A DNA stretch of 64,000 nucleotides from Longimicrobiales bacterium (GCA_965202805.1 OZ241869.1:2784001-2848000); one strand, 5' to 3'; counted from the stretch's first letter, positions 39,952-48,926 are shown. Translations and numbers: made by a program. Notes: generated by a model from the sequence alone, not told the origin.

Positions 39952-42900
39952 TCAGAATCCGAGATTCACCCGTATGCCATAGCGGCGTGCCGGGGGCACG
40001 TTGAAGAAGTCATAGGACTGGAATCCCTCTCCCAGGTCTCTCGCAGGGCCGGAGATGGCTTCGGGCGAGTGTCCGGTGTAGTCGGTCCACAAGGCAAGGT
40101 TGCGTGCCGAGAGCGTGACCGTGGCACGATCGGCTCCGAGCTGCTCTGCAAGTTGGGCAGGGAGCGAATACACCAGCGCCAGTTCCCGGAACCGGAGGAA
40201 GTCCGCCTGCTCGTACCAGGCCTCCCGGACCTCCGCCTTGTTCACTTCCTGTCCCGACTCGTTCACGAAGGGGCCAAAGCGGCGGAGCTGCTCTTCCGGC
40301 GAGAGGAAGTCCGGGTCGAACGCCGCGCGAGCCCGGACGAGCTGAATCTCGCGGTACCGGCGCTGGTTGTTGTTCACGTAGTAGTCGCCCTTCCAATCCA
40401 GCTGCGCGGCTACTCGGAGGTCGCCGAGGATCGTCATGGTTGAGGAGATGCTGCCCTCGTGCCCGGGGAATTTCCCACCGATGAACTCGAGCGTGTCCGA
40501 AACGATGACCTGGTTCCCCGCCACGTCGATACGGCGAATCTTCGGGGAGAAGAACGACGAGAGGGGACGCCCCTCGACGAAGCGTTCGAACTGTCCGAAG
40601 GCGGGAAGGTCTCCCAGATCGACGAGTTCATTGGTGAGGGTGCTCGCGGACAGGGTCACGTCCCAGGAGAAAGCGGGTGTGGTGACCACCTGGGCATTCA
40701 GCAGCGCCTCGAAGCCGCGGTTGTGCACCTCCCCGACGTTGTCGAAGGGGTCTTCCCGGAATCCGACCGAGGGCGGGAGCTCCCTCCGAAGAAGCAGATC
40801 CTTCGTCACCTTGTTGAAGTAGGTGAGTTCGAGCCCCAGCCGGTCGTCCAGGAAGCTGGCGTCCACCCCGGCCTCGAATTCCGTCCCCCGCTCGGGTCGC
40901 AGTTCGAGCTTCCCCGGGTTCAGAAGGCCGAGCCCCACCTCGACATTCCCGTCCCTGGTGGCGTACGGAACCGGATCCAGCGTTTCCAGCGTAGCTCCCG
41001 GCGGCGGAGCGCGCCCGGTTGCCCCATACGCCGCACGCAGGCGAATCGTATTGATGAAGCCCAGGCCGTCTCCGAAGAACGGTTCCTCCGAAACAACCCA
41101 CGAAGCTCCGGCCTTCGGCAGGTAGACGGCGCCTACTTCCTCTCCAAAGGAGGAGTTCCGGTCGACGCGCATGCCGACCTGGAAGAATAGCCGATCCTGG
41201 TAGCCGACCTCCCCCTGCCCGATGTACCCGAGCGACCTCTCCCTCAGGAAGCGTTGTCCCCCGGCGCTCTCGGCGGCGGCGGAAACCACGCTTGCGGAGT
41301 TGGTGGCGAGCCCCAGCCCGTCACCCCACAGGAAGTCGTCCCGGATATCGACCACCTGGACCCCGACTGCTCCGTTCGTCGACCACTGGCTGGCTTCACC
41401 GAACCGGAGAGTCGCGTTCGTGATGTAGTCCAGGGTGACGTACTGGAGGCTTCTGCGCGTCTCCCGAACCAATCCGGGATTGTGCGTGGATCGATAGAGG
41501 TTCTGATCGGTCCTGGGGATGTGGCGGACCTTCTCGTTCGATGTGTAGTCGCCACCCACGATGAGCCGATTCGAAAGCCAGTCGAAAGGCTGGAAGCCGA
41601 GCTCGAGAGTGGGCATGTGCCGGACGACATCGACCTCGTTCTTGATGGCCGCGATGGCGTCGACCTGGCGTGGACCGAGCCAGCCGTCGTTGGGCTCCGT
41701 CCCCACCGTAAGGGGGGAACCGAGGAGCGCGTTGGTCACCATCCCGTACAGGCTGTGGTTGTTGTCGGGTTGCCGGCTGTATGTCGTCAACAGCGTGTAG
41801 CCGGCGTTCAGGGTCAGGACGGGGTGCGGGGTCCACGTGACATTGACTCGGCCCGACCGCTTGTCGAAGTCACTTGCCGGGAGGGTGCCATCTTCACCCG
41901 AGGCAAACAGGGAAAGATAGTAGGTGAAGTCTCCCGTGGCCGTTCCCCCTCTCCCGGACCAGCTCAGGGACCTGTTGCTGCCCCTGCTGAAGGCGCCGTA
42001 CCGCTCCAGGGGATTGTCCGATACCACGGTGCCGACGGGCACTCCCTGACAAAGCGTGGCGCCACGGTCGATGTGCGTCTGAGCGCACACGCCCCAATTG
42101 GATGGTGGGGTGAAGTTGTCATGGGAGATGGCGTCGTACTCCGCCGTGAGGGTCTGCCGGAAGCCGCCGGCCGAGCCACGCTTCGTGATGATCTGGATCA
42201 CGCCGGCCGATGCATCCGCACCGTAGAGCGTTGCGGCAGCGGGTCCCTTTACCACCTCGATGCTCTGGATGTCCTCGGGGTTGAGGTCGTTCAGCCGGCT
42301 GGTAGCCTGTCCCCCCGTTCCGGTGCCGCTGCCGGAACCCTCCCCCGGCCGGTTCACCGATTCGATCGTGCCGTTGGCACGAATCCCGTCGATGAAGATG
42401 AGCGGCTCGTTGGAGAGGGATATCGAGGAAGAGCCCCGTATTCGAATCTTCTGTGACGATCCGGTGACGCCCGATCCGTGCGTAACGGACACCCCGGGGA
42501 TCCGGGACTGGAGGACTTCGGAAACGCTGTTGATTGGAGCCAGTTCAATCGTTTCCGCCGCGTCGACGACCGACACCTGCGCCGGCTGGGACCGGCGGAG
42601 GCTTTGACCAGCGGTACCGGTCACGACGATCTCGTCCAGTCCAATGGCTGAGACGGTCAACTCGAAATCGAGGACAGCGGTCTCGTCAAGTACGACGGTA
42701 ACGGTCCGTTCCTCCGTATGATACCCGATCCTTTCGGCACGGATCGTCACTTCACCGACCGGGACATTGATGATCACGAAGGATCCGCTGGCATTCGTCA
42801 ACGTTCCTCGCCCTGTCCCCGGGAGGTGTACCTGGACGCCGGCGAGGGGAAGTGATGTGCCGGCTGCGGTGACCCGTCCGGTAATCCTGCCCTCTTGCGC

Positions 42901-42990
42901 CTGGACCGGACCGGCCAGGGCCAGAAAGAGCAGGACGGAACCCGCCGCTGAAGAAGAAACCCGACGAGTACGACGATTACAGAACATCAT
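39952..42990 (-). CDS. SusC/RagA-type TonB-linked outer membrane transporter
   Basis: DLNPEDIQSIEVVKGPAAATLYGADASAGVIQIITKRG; C-terminal Phe. Confidence 0.93.
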   Translation of the reverse strand: MMFCNRRTRRVSSSAAGSVLLFLALAGPVQAQEGRITGRVTAAGTSLPLAGVQVHLPGTGRGTLTNASGSFVIINVPVGEVTIRAERIGYHTEERTVTVVLDETAVLDFELTVSAIGLDEIVVTGTAGQSLRRSQPAQVSVVDAAETIELAPINSVSEVLQSRIPGVSVTHGSGVTGSSQKIRIRGSSSISLSNEPLIFIDGIRANGTIESVNRPGEGSGSGTGTGGQATSRLNDLNPEDIQSIEVVKGPAAATLYGADASAGVIQIITKRGSAGGFRQTLTAEYDAISHDNFTPPSNWGVCAQTHIDRGATLCQGVPVGTVVSDNPLERYGAFSRGSNRSLSWSGRGGTATGDFTYYLSLFASGEDGTLPASDFDKRSGRVNVTWTPHPVLTLNAGYTLLTTYSRQPDNNHSLYGMVTNALLGSPLTVGTEPNDGWLGPRQVDAIAAIKNEVDVVRHMPTLELGFQPFDWLSNRLIVGGDYTSNEKVRHIPRTDQNLYRSTHNPGLVRETRRSLQYVTLDYITNATLRFGEASQWSTNGAVGVQVVDIRDDFLWGDGLGLATNSASVVSAAAESAGGQRFLRERSLGYIGQGEVGYQDRLFFQVGMRVDRNSSFGEEVGAVYLPKAGASWVVSEEPFFGDGLGFINTIRLRAAYGATGRAPPPGATLETLDPVPYATRDGNVEVGLGLLNPGKLELRPERGTEFEAGVDASFLDDRLGLELTYFNKVTKDLLLRRELPPSVGFREDPFDNVGEVHNRGFEALLNAQVVTTPAFSWDVTLSASTLTNELVDLGDLPAFGQFERFVEGRPLSSFFSPKIRRIDVAGNQVIVSDTLEFIGGKFPGHEGSISSTMTILGDLRVAAQLDWKGDYYVNNNQRRYREIQLVRARAAFDPDFLSPEEQLRRFGPFVNESGQEVNKAEVREAWYEQADFLRFRELALVYSLPAQLAEQLGADRATVTLSARNLALWTDYTGHSPEAISGPARDLGEGFQSYDFFNVPPARRYGIRVNLGF

Positions 42991-43258
42991 CCTACCTCCG
43001 CTCGAGGATGGTGAACGGCAGGAGCCGTGGAGGAAGATCGGAGGCGCCTGGAGCTTGAGCTGTTCGGCGGAATCCCGAGCGATCCAGCGAAAATAATCCG
43101 TAACTTACCACAGGCCATGCTGTGAGGACAAGAGGCCAGACGAGGAGATGTCGGAAGCAACAGACGTCAGAAGAGAATGCGCACGGATGAGCAGGCCCGG
43201 TCGCTGGTATGAGCCAGGCAAGCCAGGGCGATGAAATCGCCGCTCGCCCTGGTGCGGA

Positions 43259-43786
43259 TCAGACCACTCTCACACCACCGTGCCCTGGTATCGCGAGCGG
43301 GATGGGGTCCCCCTCCGGAAGGATTACCGCTCCGATTGTTCCGGGGCTCGTGGGGGGTGGGGTGTTCTCCCCTCCTCCCGAACCCACGGCTTCGTGGATG
43401 AGCATGCCGAGCGCGGTAGCCAGGGCGGCTGAAAGGAGGCTCGTGCGCCAGACGGACACCCGCCGCTCATCGACGCGTTCAATCTCATCCCGCAGGAACG
43501 CCATGTGATCCTGAAGAACGCGGCTCCCGCCGATGCCCGAAGTACTCGTTACCCGAGCGACGGAAAGGAGGATTTCCCGGTCGTTGACGGAGACGAGCTC
43601 TCCTTCGTACTCTCGTTCGCTCGTCATGTCAAGCTCGCTGAGGCGGAGGGCACCAGCGACGGTCAAACGAACCCTTACATCAGTTCCTGGCGATGGGACG
43701 GAAGCCAATGGAGCGTAGCTGAAACAGCCGGCAAGCAAGACCAACATTGCCGGTCCGCTTGCGTACTTCAGGATCTGCGAGGCCAT
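43259..43786 (-). CDS. Hypothetical lipoprotein (paralog of 24543-25052)
   Basis: LAGC lipobox; PG..VRV.LT..G motif; C-terminal hydrophobic helix. Confidence 0.7.
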   Translation of the reverse strand: MASQILKYASGPAMLVLLAGCFSYAPLASVPSPGTDVRVRLTVAGALRLSELDMTSEREYEGELVSVNDREILLSVARVTSTSGIGGSRVLQDHMAFLRDEIERVDERRVSVWRTSLLSAALATALGMLIHEAVGSGGGENTPPPTSPGTIGAVILPEGDPIPLAIPGHGGVRVV

Positions 43787-43837
43787 CGGCAGAGTTTAGC
43801 TTCTGCCTGGTGACCATGCCAGCCTCATCGATCGAGA

Positions 43838-43920
43838 CGGAGGCGGGGGGACTCGAACCCCCAAGGGCTTGCGCCCGCCGCATTTCGAGTGCGGTGCCTT
43901 ACCAATTAGACTACGCCTCC
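43838..43920 (-). tRNA. tRNA-Ser(CGA)
   Basis: Cloverleaf with long variable arm; CCGCA-CTCGAAA-TGCGG anticodon arm. Confidence 0.92.
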
Positions 43921-43977
43921 GGACGAAACCGGGCCGATCGGCATAAGGACGGAGAATCTTCTCCAACTACTCTTCAA

Positions 43978-44051
43978 TCGGGGCGCCCGGATTTGAACCG
44001 GGGACCTCTGCGACCCGAACGCAGCGCTCTACCGGACTGAGCCACGCCCCG
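43978..44051 (-). tRNA. tRNA-Pro(CGG)
   Basis: CTGCG-TTCGGGT-CGCAG anticodon arm. Confidence 0.95.
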
Positions 44052-44130
44052 AGAAAGGGGTGCCGCCCGCAGGCGACATACAGCCAAACTGACAGCCGGA
44101 TCCGCCATCCAGCAAGGTGATTCCCGTCCG

Positions 44131-44391
44131 GCGGACGGGGTGGGATTCGCAGCCGAGGTCCGGCGCCAGCCGGCCCGAAGGCGAGGTGAGGGCGAAGCCC
44201 GCAGCCTCCACCCCGGGTTCGAAGCCCGTCCGGCCCGCCCGCCAGATTGGCCCGCCGTCAGCGGACGGGGTGGGATTCGCAGCCGAGGTCCGGCGCCAGC
44301 CGGCCCGAAGGCGAGGTGAGGAGGCGTAGCCTCCGCAACCTCCACCCTGGGTTCGAAGCCCAGCCCGTCCGGGGCCGGGCTCCGCCCGTCA
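44131..44391. repeat. Two tandem ~130-bp palindromic units carrying copies of the tRNA-Ser(GGA) 3' end
   Basis: GCGGACGGGGTGGGATTCG recurs at 44131, 44261 and 44392 with a conserved internal core. Confidence 0.9.
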
Positions 44392-44392
44392 G

Positions 44393-44476
44393 CGGACGGG
44401 GTGGGATTCGAACCCACGTGGGCGTTAGCCCACACGATTTCCAATCGTGCGCCTTAAGCCACTCGGCCACCCGTCC
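44393..44476 (-). tRNA. tRNA-Ser(GGA)
   Basis: CACGA-TTGGAAA-TCGTG; long variable arm. Confidence 0.95.
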
Positions 44477-44690
44477 GAACATATGTGGCCACTACAACCT
44501 GCAGGGATACCGCTGAAAGAAACACGGCCGGTTAGACCGTAACGGAGAGCATACCGACGCGAAGCCAAAAGAAACTCGCCCGACGAACGAAGTGATGCCG
44601 AGGGCTCACGATCCAGGGCGAGTACGGCGCGCAGGGCGAGCCGGGAGTCGCCGATGCCTCACTGGCAAAACTACCGCCCCCCAGGACACT

Positions 44691-44929
44691 GGTGAGATCA
44701 CAACCGAGGACCGCGCCAGCCGGCCGAGGTGAGGCGGATGCGCAGCACCGCAACCCTCCGCCTCGGGGGTAGCGGCCAGCGACCGCGCCCGTTGGTGACT
44801 ACACAGGGTGAGGTTCGCAGCCGAGGTCCGGCGCCAGCCGGCCCGAAGGCGAGGTGAGGAGGCGAAGCCTCCGCAACCTCCACCCCGGGTTCGAATCCCA
44901 CCCCCTCCGGGGCGAGCCCCGCTCGCCAG
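44691..44929. repeat. One near-intact (44806-44909) and one degenerate (44691-44769) copy of the same unit downstream of tRNA-Ser(GCT)
   Basis: Shared core GCAGCCGAGGTCCGGCGCCAGCCGGCCCGAAGGCGAGGTGAGG. Confidence 0.85.
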
Positions 44930-45015
44930 CGGAGGGGGTGGGATTCGAACCCACGAGACCCTCTCGGGTCAACGCCTTAGCAGGGCGCCGCCTTAAGCCA
45001 CTCGGCCACCCCTCC
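44930..45015 (-). tRNA. tRNA-Ser(GCT)
   Basis: GCGCC-CTGCTAA-GGCGT; long variable arm. Confidence 0.95.
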
Positions 45016-45018
45016 GAA

Positions 45019-45091
45019 TTGCCCCGCCTGGGATCGAACCAGGACTCTTCTGATCCAGAGTCAGACGTGTTGCCAGTTACACCACGGGGCA
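45019..45091 (-). tRNA. tRNA-Gln(CTG)
   Basis: TCTGA-CTCTGGA-TCAGA. Confidence 0.95.
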
Positions 45092-45136
45092 TCCTGTCCC
45101 AATTTGTGCGCTCGCCACCCCTGCTGGCAAGCAGCA

Positions 45137-45209
45137 AGCCACCAGTCGGATTCGAACCGACGACCCCGTCATTACGAGTGACGTGCTCTACCAGCTGAGC
45201 TATGGTGGC
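45137..45209 (-). tRNA. tRNA-Thr(CGT)
   Basis: CGTCA-CTCGTAA-TGACG. Confidence 0.95.
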
Positions 45210-45259
45210 GACCATGCCGACCGCCTCGCGCATCGCGCATTTCGCCGGCCAACCAGGAA

Positions 45260-45332
45260 TGGAGCCGAGGGGAATCGAACCCCTGACCTCAGCATTGCGA
45301 ACGCTGCGCTCTCCCAACTGAGCTACGGCCCC
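45260..45332 (-). tRNA. tRNA-Ala(CGC)
   Basis: CAGCG-TTCGCAA-TGCTG; G3:U70 pair. Confidence 0.95.
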
Positions 45333-45367
45333 TGCCTGCCCGCTTCCGCGGATACCGTGTTGAAGCA

Positions 45368-45441
45368 TGGGCGCGAGAGGACTCGAACCTCTGACCTCTA
45401 CGATGTCAACGTAGCGCTCTAACCAGCTGAGCTACGCGCCC
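45368..45441 (-). tRNA. tRNA-Val(GAC)
   Basis: CTACG-TTGACAT-CGTAG. Confidence 0.95.
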
Positions 45442-45485
45442 TCGGCCGGAACCCCGTCCTGGCCTTCACCTCCCCCGGAGGGGAA

Positions 45486-45559
45486 TACGCCCGGGAGGAC
45501 TCGAACCCCCAACCTCTTGATCCGTAGTCAAGCGCTCTGTCCAATTGAGCTACGGGCGC
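45486..45559 (-). tRNA. tRNA-Arg(ACG)
   Basis: CTTGA-CTACGGA-TCAAG. Confidence 0.95.
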
Positions 45560-45611
45560 TGATTTGCCGTCCGCCTTCACCAGGGAAGGCCAGCCGTTGA
45601 TGGCCTGCAAG

Positions 45612-45695
45612 TGCCCACGACAGGACTCGAACCTGTACGCCGTTTCCGACACTGGTCCCTCAAACCAGCCTGTCTACCAATTCCAGCACGTGGGC
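45612..45695 (-). tRNA. tRNA-Leu(GAG)
   Basis: CTGGT-TTGAGGG-ACCAG; variable arm. Confidence 0.95.
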
Positions 45696-45744
45696 AAATG
45701 TTCTCCATCGAAACGCTGCCGCCGCCTGGCGCCGCGGCCTGCCA

Positions 45745-45829
45745 TGCTCGGAGAGGGACTCGAACCCTCACGGGGTTAACCCCCACAGGATCCTGAATCC
45801 TGCGCGTCTACCAATTCCGCCATCCGAGC
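45745..45829 (-). tRNA. tRNA-Leu(CAG)
   Basis: CAGGA-TTCAGGA-TCCTG; variable arm. Confidence 0.95.
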
Positions 45830-45857
45830 TCGCTCGCCTCGCGAACGGACTGCACCA

Positions 45858-45930
45858 TGGAGCCGAGGGGAATCGAACCCCTGACCTCCTGAATGCCATT
45901 CAGGCGCTCTCCCAACTGAGCTACGGCCCC
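45858..45930 (-). tRNA. tRNA-Ala(GGC)
   Basis: CCTGA-ATGGCAT-TCAGG. Confidence 0.95.
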
Positions 45931-45970
45931 GATCCTTCGCCGATGACCCGATTTGTCAAGAAACAAACAG

Positions 45971-46044
45971 CGGGGCTGACGGGACTCGAACCCGCGGCCT
46001 CCGGTGTGACAGACCGGCACTCTAACCAACTGAGCTACAGCCCC
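45971..46044 (-). tRNA. tRNA-Asp(GTC)
   Basis: CCGGT-CTGTCAC-ACCGG. Confidence 0.95.
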
Positions 46045-46074
46045 TGTTCCGCGCTCCTCGCGCGTCCTTCCAAA

Positions 46075-46146
46075 CGCCCTCACGGGGAATCGAACCCCGA
46101 CCGCCACCTTGAAAGAGTGGTGTCCTAGCCGTTAGACGATGAGGGC
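46075..46146 (-). tRNA. tRNA-Glu(TTC)
   Basis: CCACT-CTTTCAA-GGTGG. Confidence 0.95.
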
Positions 46147-46162
46147 TCTCCCCCCAGTTGTA

Positions 46163-46235
46163 CAGGCCCGGAGGGACTCGAACCCCCAACCCCCGGTTTT
46201 GGAGACCGGTGCTCTACCAGTTGAGCTACGGACCC
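46163..46235 (-). tRNA. tRNA-Trp(CCA)
   Basis: CCGGT-CTCCAAA-ACCGG. Confidence 0.95.
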
Positions 46236-46278
46236 CCGCGCACACAACCGGCCATCCTCCGGCCGGTGAGCCGGTAGA

Positions 46279-46351
46279 TGGCCAGGGGCGGAATCGAACC
46301 GCCGACACCGCGATTTTCAGTCGCGTGCTCTACCAACTGAGCTACCTGGCC
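46279..46351 (-). tRNA. tRNA-Phe(GAA)
   Basis: CGCGA-CTGAAAA-TCGCG. Confidence 0.95.
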
Positions 46352-46383
46352 AAAAAAACGCCCGAACCTTTTCGGTGCGGGCG
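46352..46383 (-). terminator. Intrinsic terminator abutting the 5' end of tRNA-Phe (candidate attenuator)
   Basis: Minus strand CGCCCG-C-ACC-GAAAA-GGT-T-CGGGCG followed by 7 T. Confidence 0.75.
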
Positions 46384-46407
46384 GCTGGGTCGGGAGTCTG
46401 CCGGGGG

Positions 46408-46536
46408 CTACCGGCGAGTCCCGCTTCCCCGCCCGCGAGGGCTCGACCACGTATCGGACGGAAACCAGCGAAGCGCCCGCACGCGGCCCGACCTCTGGAA
46501 GGCCCGCGGTCGACGGGTTTCGGTCGCTCCCCGCAT
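46408..46536 (-). CDS. Candidate 42-aa leader peptide (not in the ORF track)
   Basis: GGAGG 8 nt before ATG; MRGATETRRPRAFQRSGRVRALRWFPSDTWSSPRGRGSGTRR*; stop lies 24 nt before the terminator stem. Confidence 0.5.
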   Translation of the reverse strand: MRGATETRRPRAFQRSGRVRALRWFPSDTWSSPRGRGSGTRR

Positions 46537-46593
46537 GATCTCCGCCTCCGTTCTCCTGTTTGTTGCCTTGCGTCAAACTGTCCTGCTACGTGG

Positions 46594-46620
46594 AAAACGC
46601 CGCCATTTCGGCGGCGCTTT
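46594..46620 (-). terminator. Hairpin or weak terminator after tRNA-fMet
   Basis: CGCCGCC-GAAAT-GGCGGCG-TTTT on the minus strand. Confidence 0.5.
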
Positions 46621-46624
46621 CAAG

Positions 46625-46698
<74 letters not shown>

Positions 46699-46709
46699 AC
46701 AAGAATCGA

Positions 46710-46739
46710 AAGGTAAAGCAAAGCCGCGAAGCGTGTCAA
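46710..46739 (-). promoter_or_regulatory. sigma70-like promoter of the tRNA cluster
   Basis: TTGACA-18 nt-TACCTT, 11 nt upstream of tRNA-fMet. Confidence 0.7.
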
Positions 46740-46849
46740 GCGGAGGTCAGCCGGACGGAAGGGCCCGTACCGGCGCCTCCCCCCGTGGTGCCAGGCCCCG
46801 ATGCTCACACCTTCGAGGCGACCCCCGGGGACGTCTCGAAGGCCCCGCC

Positions 46850-48259
46850 TTAACGGCGCCCCAACCCCGCCAGCGCCTCCGGATCGCCCTCGATTCCCTC
46901 GGCAGGTTCGAGGCCCAGCACCCGCGCCATGAAGGGATAGATGTCCACCCCCTCGATCCGGGGAAGCCGCGTGCCCGCCTCGATGCCCGGCCCCTTCACG
47001 AGGAAGATCCCGTGCATGGGTCGGAACTGCGGGTCCCATCCATGCATCCCCCGGCTGCTGCCCCGGCGCGGTCCGATGCCGACCGTGTACCCCCCATCCG
47101 GCACGACGACGAGATCGCCGAAGCGAGGATGGCCGTTCAGATGAAGTTGCGCGGGAGCCTCCCGGCTGCGGTAGACCCCTGCGCGCGGCATCCCCTCGTC
47201 GAGTTGCGTGCGCAGTTCCTCGATGCGCTCCTCGCCTCCCTCCACGAACAGGATGCCCACGGTTCCGCCGGACGTCAGCCGAGCCCCGGACAGGTCCGCG
47301 ATTTCGTCGAGCGCGTAGTGTCCCTCGGCAAGGACTTCGCTCATGCCGTGGTCGGAGACGAGCAGGACGAAGACCTGGTCGGCGTGCGGGAGTGCATCCA
47401 GACCGTCCAGGAGACGTCCGAGCGCCTGGTCCACCTGCGCGACCGCCCGCGCCAGCTCCGGGCTATCGCCAGGGCCGAATCGGTGTCCGGCATAGTCGGC
47501 CTCGGCGAAGTACAGCGAGACCATGTGGGGTCGCTCCTCGTCGGGGAGACCGAGCCAGGTCAGGACCGTGTCGACGCGCACTTCGTTGGGAATGATGGGA
47601 TCGAAGGGCTTCCAGTAACTGGGGCGGATGCCCTGCACGTCGGCTTCGGAACCGACGAAGTAGAAGGCCGCGCTCACCATGCCCTGCTTCTCCGCGGTCA
47701 CCCAGATGGGCTCGCCTCCGTACCAGCGCCCGTCCTCCACCGTCTCGCGGTCCGAGAGGGAATAGGTGCGATCGAACTCCCGGTCATGGAAGGTGTTGGC
47801 GACGAGACCGTGGGTTCCCGGGTAGAGCCCGGTTGCGATGGAGTAGTGCGCGGGAAAGGTCAGCGAAGGGAAAACCGGGATCAACCCATCGGCGCGAGCG
47901 CCCTCGGCCGCCACGCGGTCGAAGTTGGGCGTGTCGAACATCTCCATGTAGTCGTGCCGAAAGCCGTCGAACGACACCACCACCACGTAGGGCTTGTCGA
48001 GATGGCGGGGGTCGTTGCGCCCGGCGGCCAGGCCCGGCCCGGCCGTCACAGCCGCCCCAACCGATCCATCGCCTGCGGGGGCCTGCCGCACACTGGCGCA
48101 ACCTGCCAGCCATGGCGCCATAATGGCGATCCCCGCCGGGATCAGCCCCACCGCACGCAGGCGTCCTCGCCCGATCCACGATCCTCCCCGCGCACGAATC
48201 CCCTTGTAGCGCCGACGCTCTGCGGTCATCTTCACGGCTTCCGGCAGCACGGCAAGCAC
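46850..48259 (-). CDS. Nucleotide pyrophosphatase/phosphodiesterase (alkaline phosphatase superfamily) lipoprotein
   Basis: SFDGFR, FPSLTFPAHYSIATG, D.AGH, VSDHGM, HGW; LAGC lipobox. Start uncertain. Confidence 0.9.
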   Translation of the reverse strand: MLAVLPEAVKMTAERRRYKGIRARGGSWIGRGRLRAVGLIPAGIAIMAPWLAGCASVRQAPAGDGSVGAAVTAGPGLAAGRNDPRHLDKPYVVVVSFDGFRHDYMEMFDTPNFDRVAAEGARADGLIPVFPSLTFPAHYSIATGLYPGTHGLVANTFHDREFDRTYSLSDRETVEDGRWYGGEPIWVTAEKQGMVSAAFYFVGSEADVQGIRPSYWKPFDPIIPNEVRVDTVLTWLGLPDEERPHMVSLYFAEADYAGHRFGPGDSPELARAVAQVDQALGRLLDGLDALPHADQVFVLLVSDHGMSEVLAEGHYALDEIADLSGARLTSGGTVGILFVEGGEERIEELRTQLDEGMPRAGVYRSREAPAQLHLNGHPRFGDLVVVPDGGYTVGIGPRRGSSRGMHGWDPQFRPMHGIFLVKGPGIEAGTRLPRIEGVDIYPFMARVLGLEPAEGIEGDPEALAGLGRR

Positions 48260-48365
48260 CTCTCTCCTGGGAGGATCCGTCCGCGATCACGGGCGCGGGG
48301 AGGGGAACGAGTGCGGCGAAAAATAGCTACAAGCAGACGGCTCTTGAAGGAGGCGACGGGTCGAG

Positions 48366-48926
48366 ATGAGCGAGAAGGGGCTTGAGACCGCCACGCTGGC
48401 CGGGGGCTGCTTCTGGTGCCTGGAGGCGGTATACCTGGAGTTGCGGGGCGTGCGGCGGGTGGAATCGGGGTACGCCGGCGGACACGTGCAGCACCCCACC
48501 TACCACCAGGTCTGCACCGGTTCCACCGGGCACGCCGAAGTGGTCCGCATTGCGTTTTCGCCGGACGAAATCTCCTTCCGGGAGCTGCTCGAGGTCTTCT
48601 TCACGATTCACGACCCCACCACCCTGAACCGCCAGGGAGCCGACGTGGGCACCCAGTACCGCTCCGCCATCTTCCATCACTCGCCGGAGCAGGAGGCCGT
48701 GGCACGCGAAGTGATCGCGGGGGTGGAGAGTCAGGGCGTGTGGCGGTCGCCGATCGTGACCGAGCTGGCTCCGGCTGGCGAGTTCTTCGCCGCCGAGGCC
48801 TATCACCGGAACTACTTCGCGCGCAATCCGGGCCAGGGATACTGTCGCGCGGTGGTGGCGCCCAAGGTCGCGAAGGCACGGGCGAAGTTCTTCGACAAGC
48901 TGAGGAAGGCACCCGCCTCCGGCTGA
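48366..48926 (+). CDS. msrA: Peptide methionine sulfoxide reductase A
   Basis: [29 protein letters not shown]. Confidence 0.97.
   Translation: MSEKGLETATLAGGCFWCLEAVYLELRGVRRVESGYAGGHVQHPTYHQVCTGSTGHAEVVRIAFSPDEISFRELLEVFFTIHDPTTLNRQGADVGTQYRSAIFHHSPEQEAVAREVIAGVESQGVWRSPIVTELAPAGEFFAAEAYHRNYFARNPGQGYCRAVVAPKVAKARAKFFDKLRKAPASG

Noticed and set aside
44131..44929. CRISPR array
   Set aside because: Units are ~100+ bp, tRNA-derived, with short structured spacers; no cas genes.
45931..45970. Internal promoter (TTGACA on minus strand) between tRNA-Asp and tRNA-Ala
   Set aside because: No acceptable -10 hexamer at 16-18 nt.
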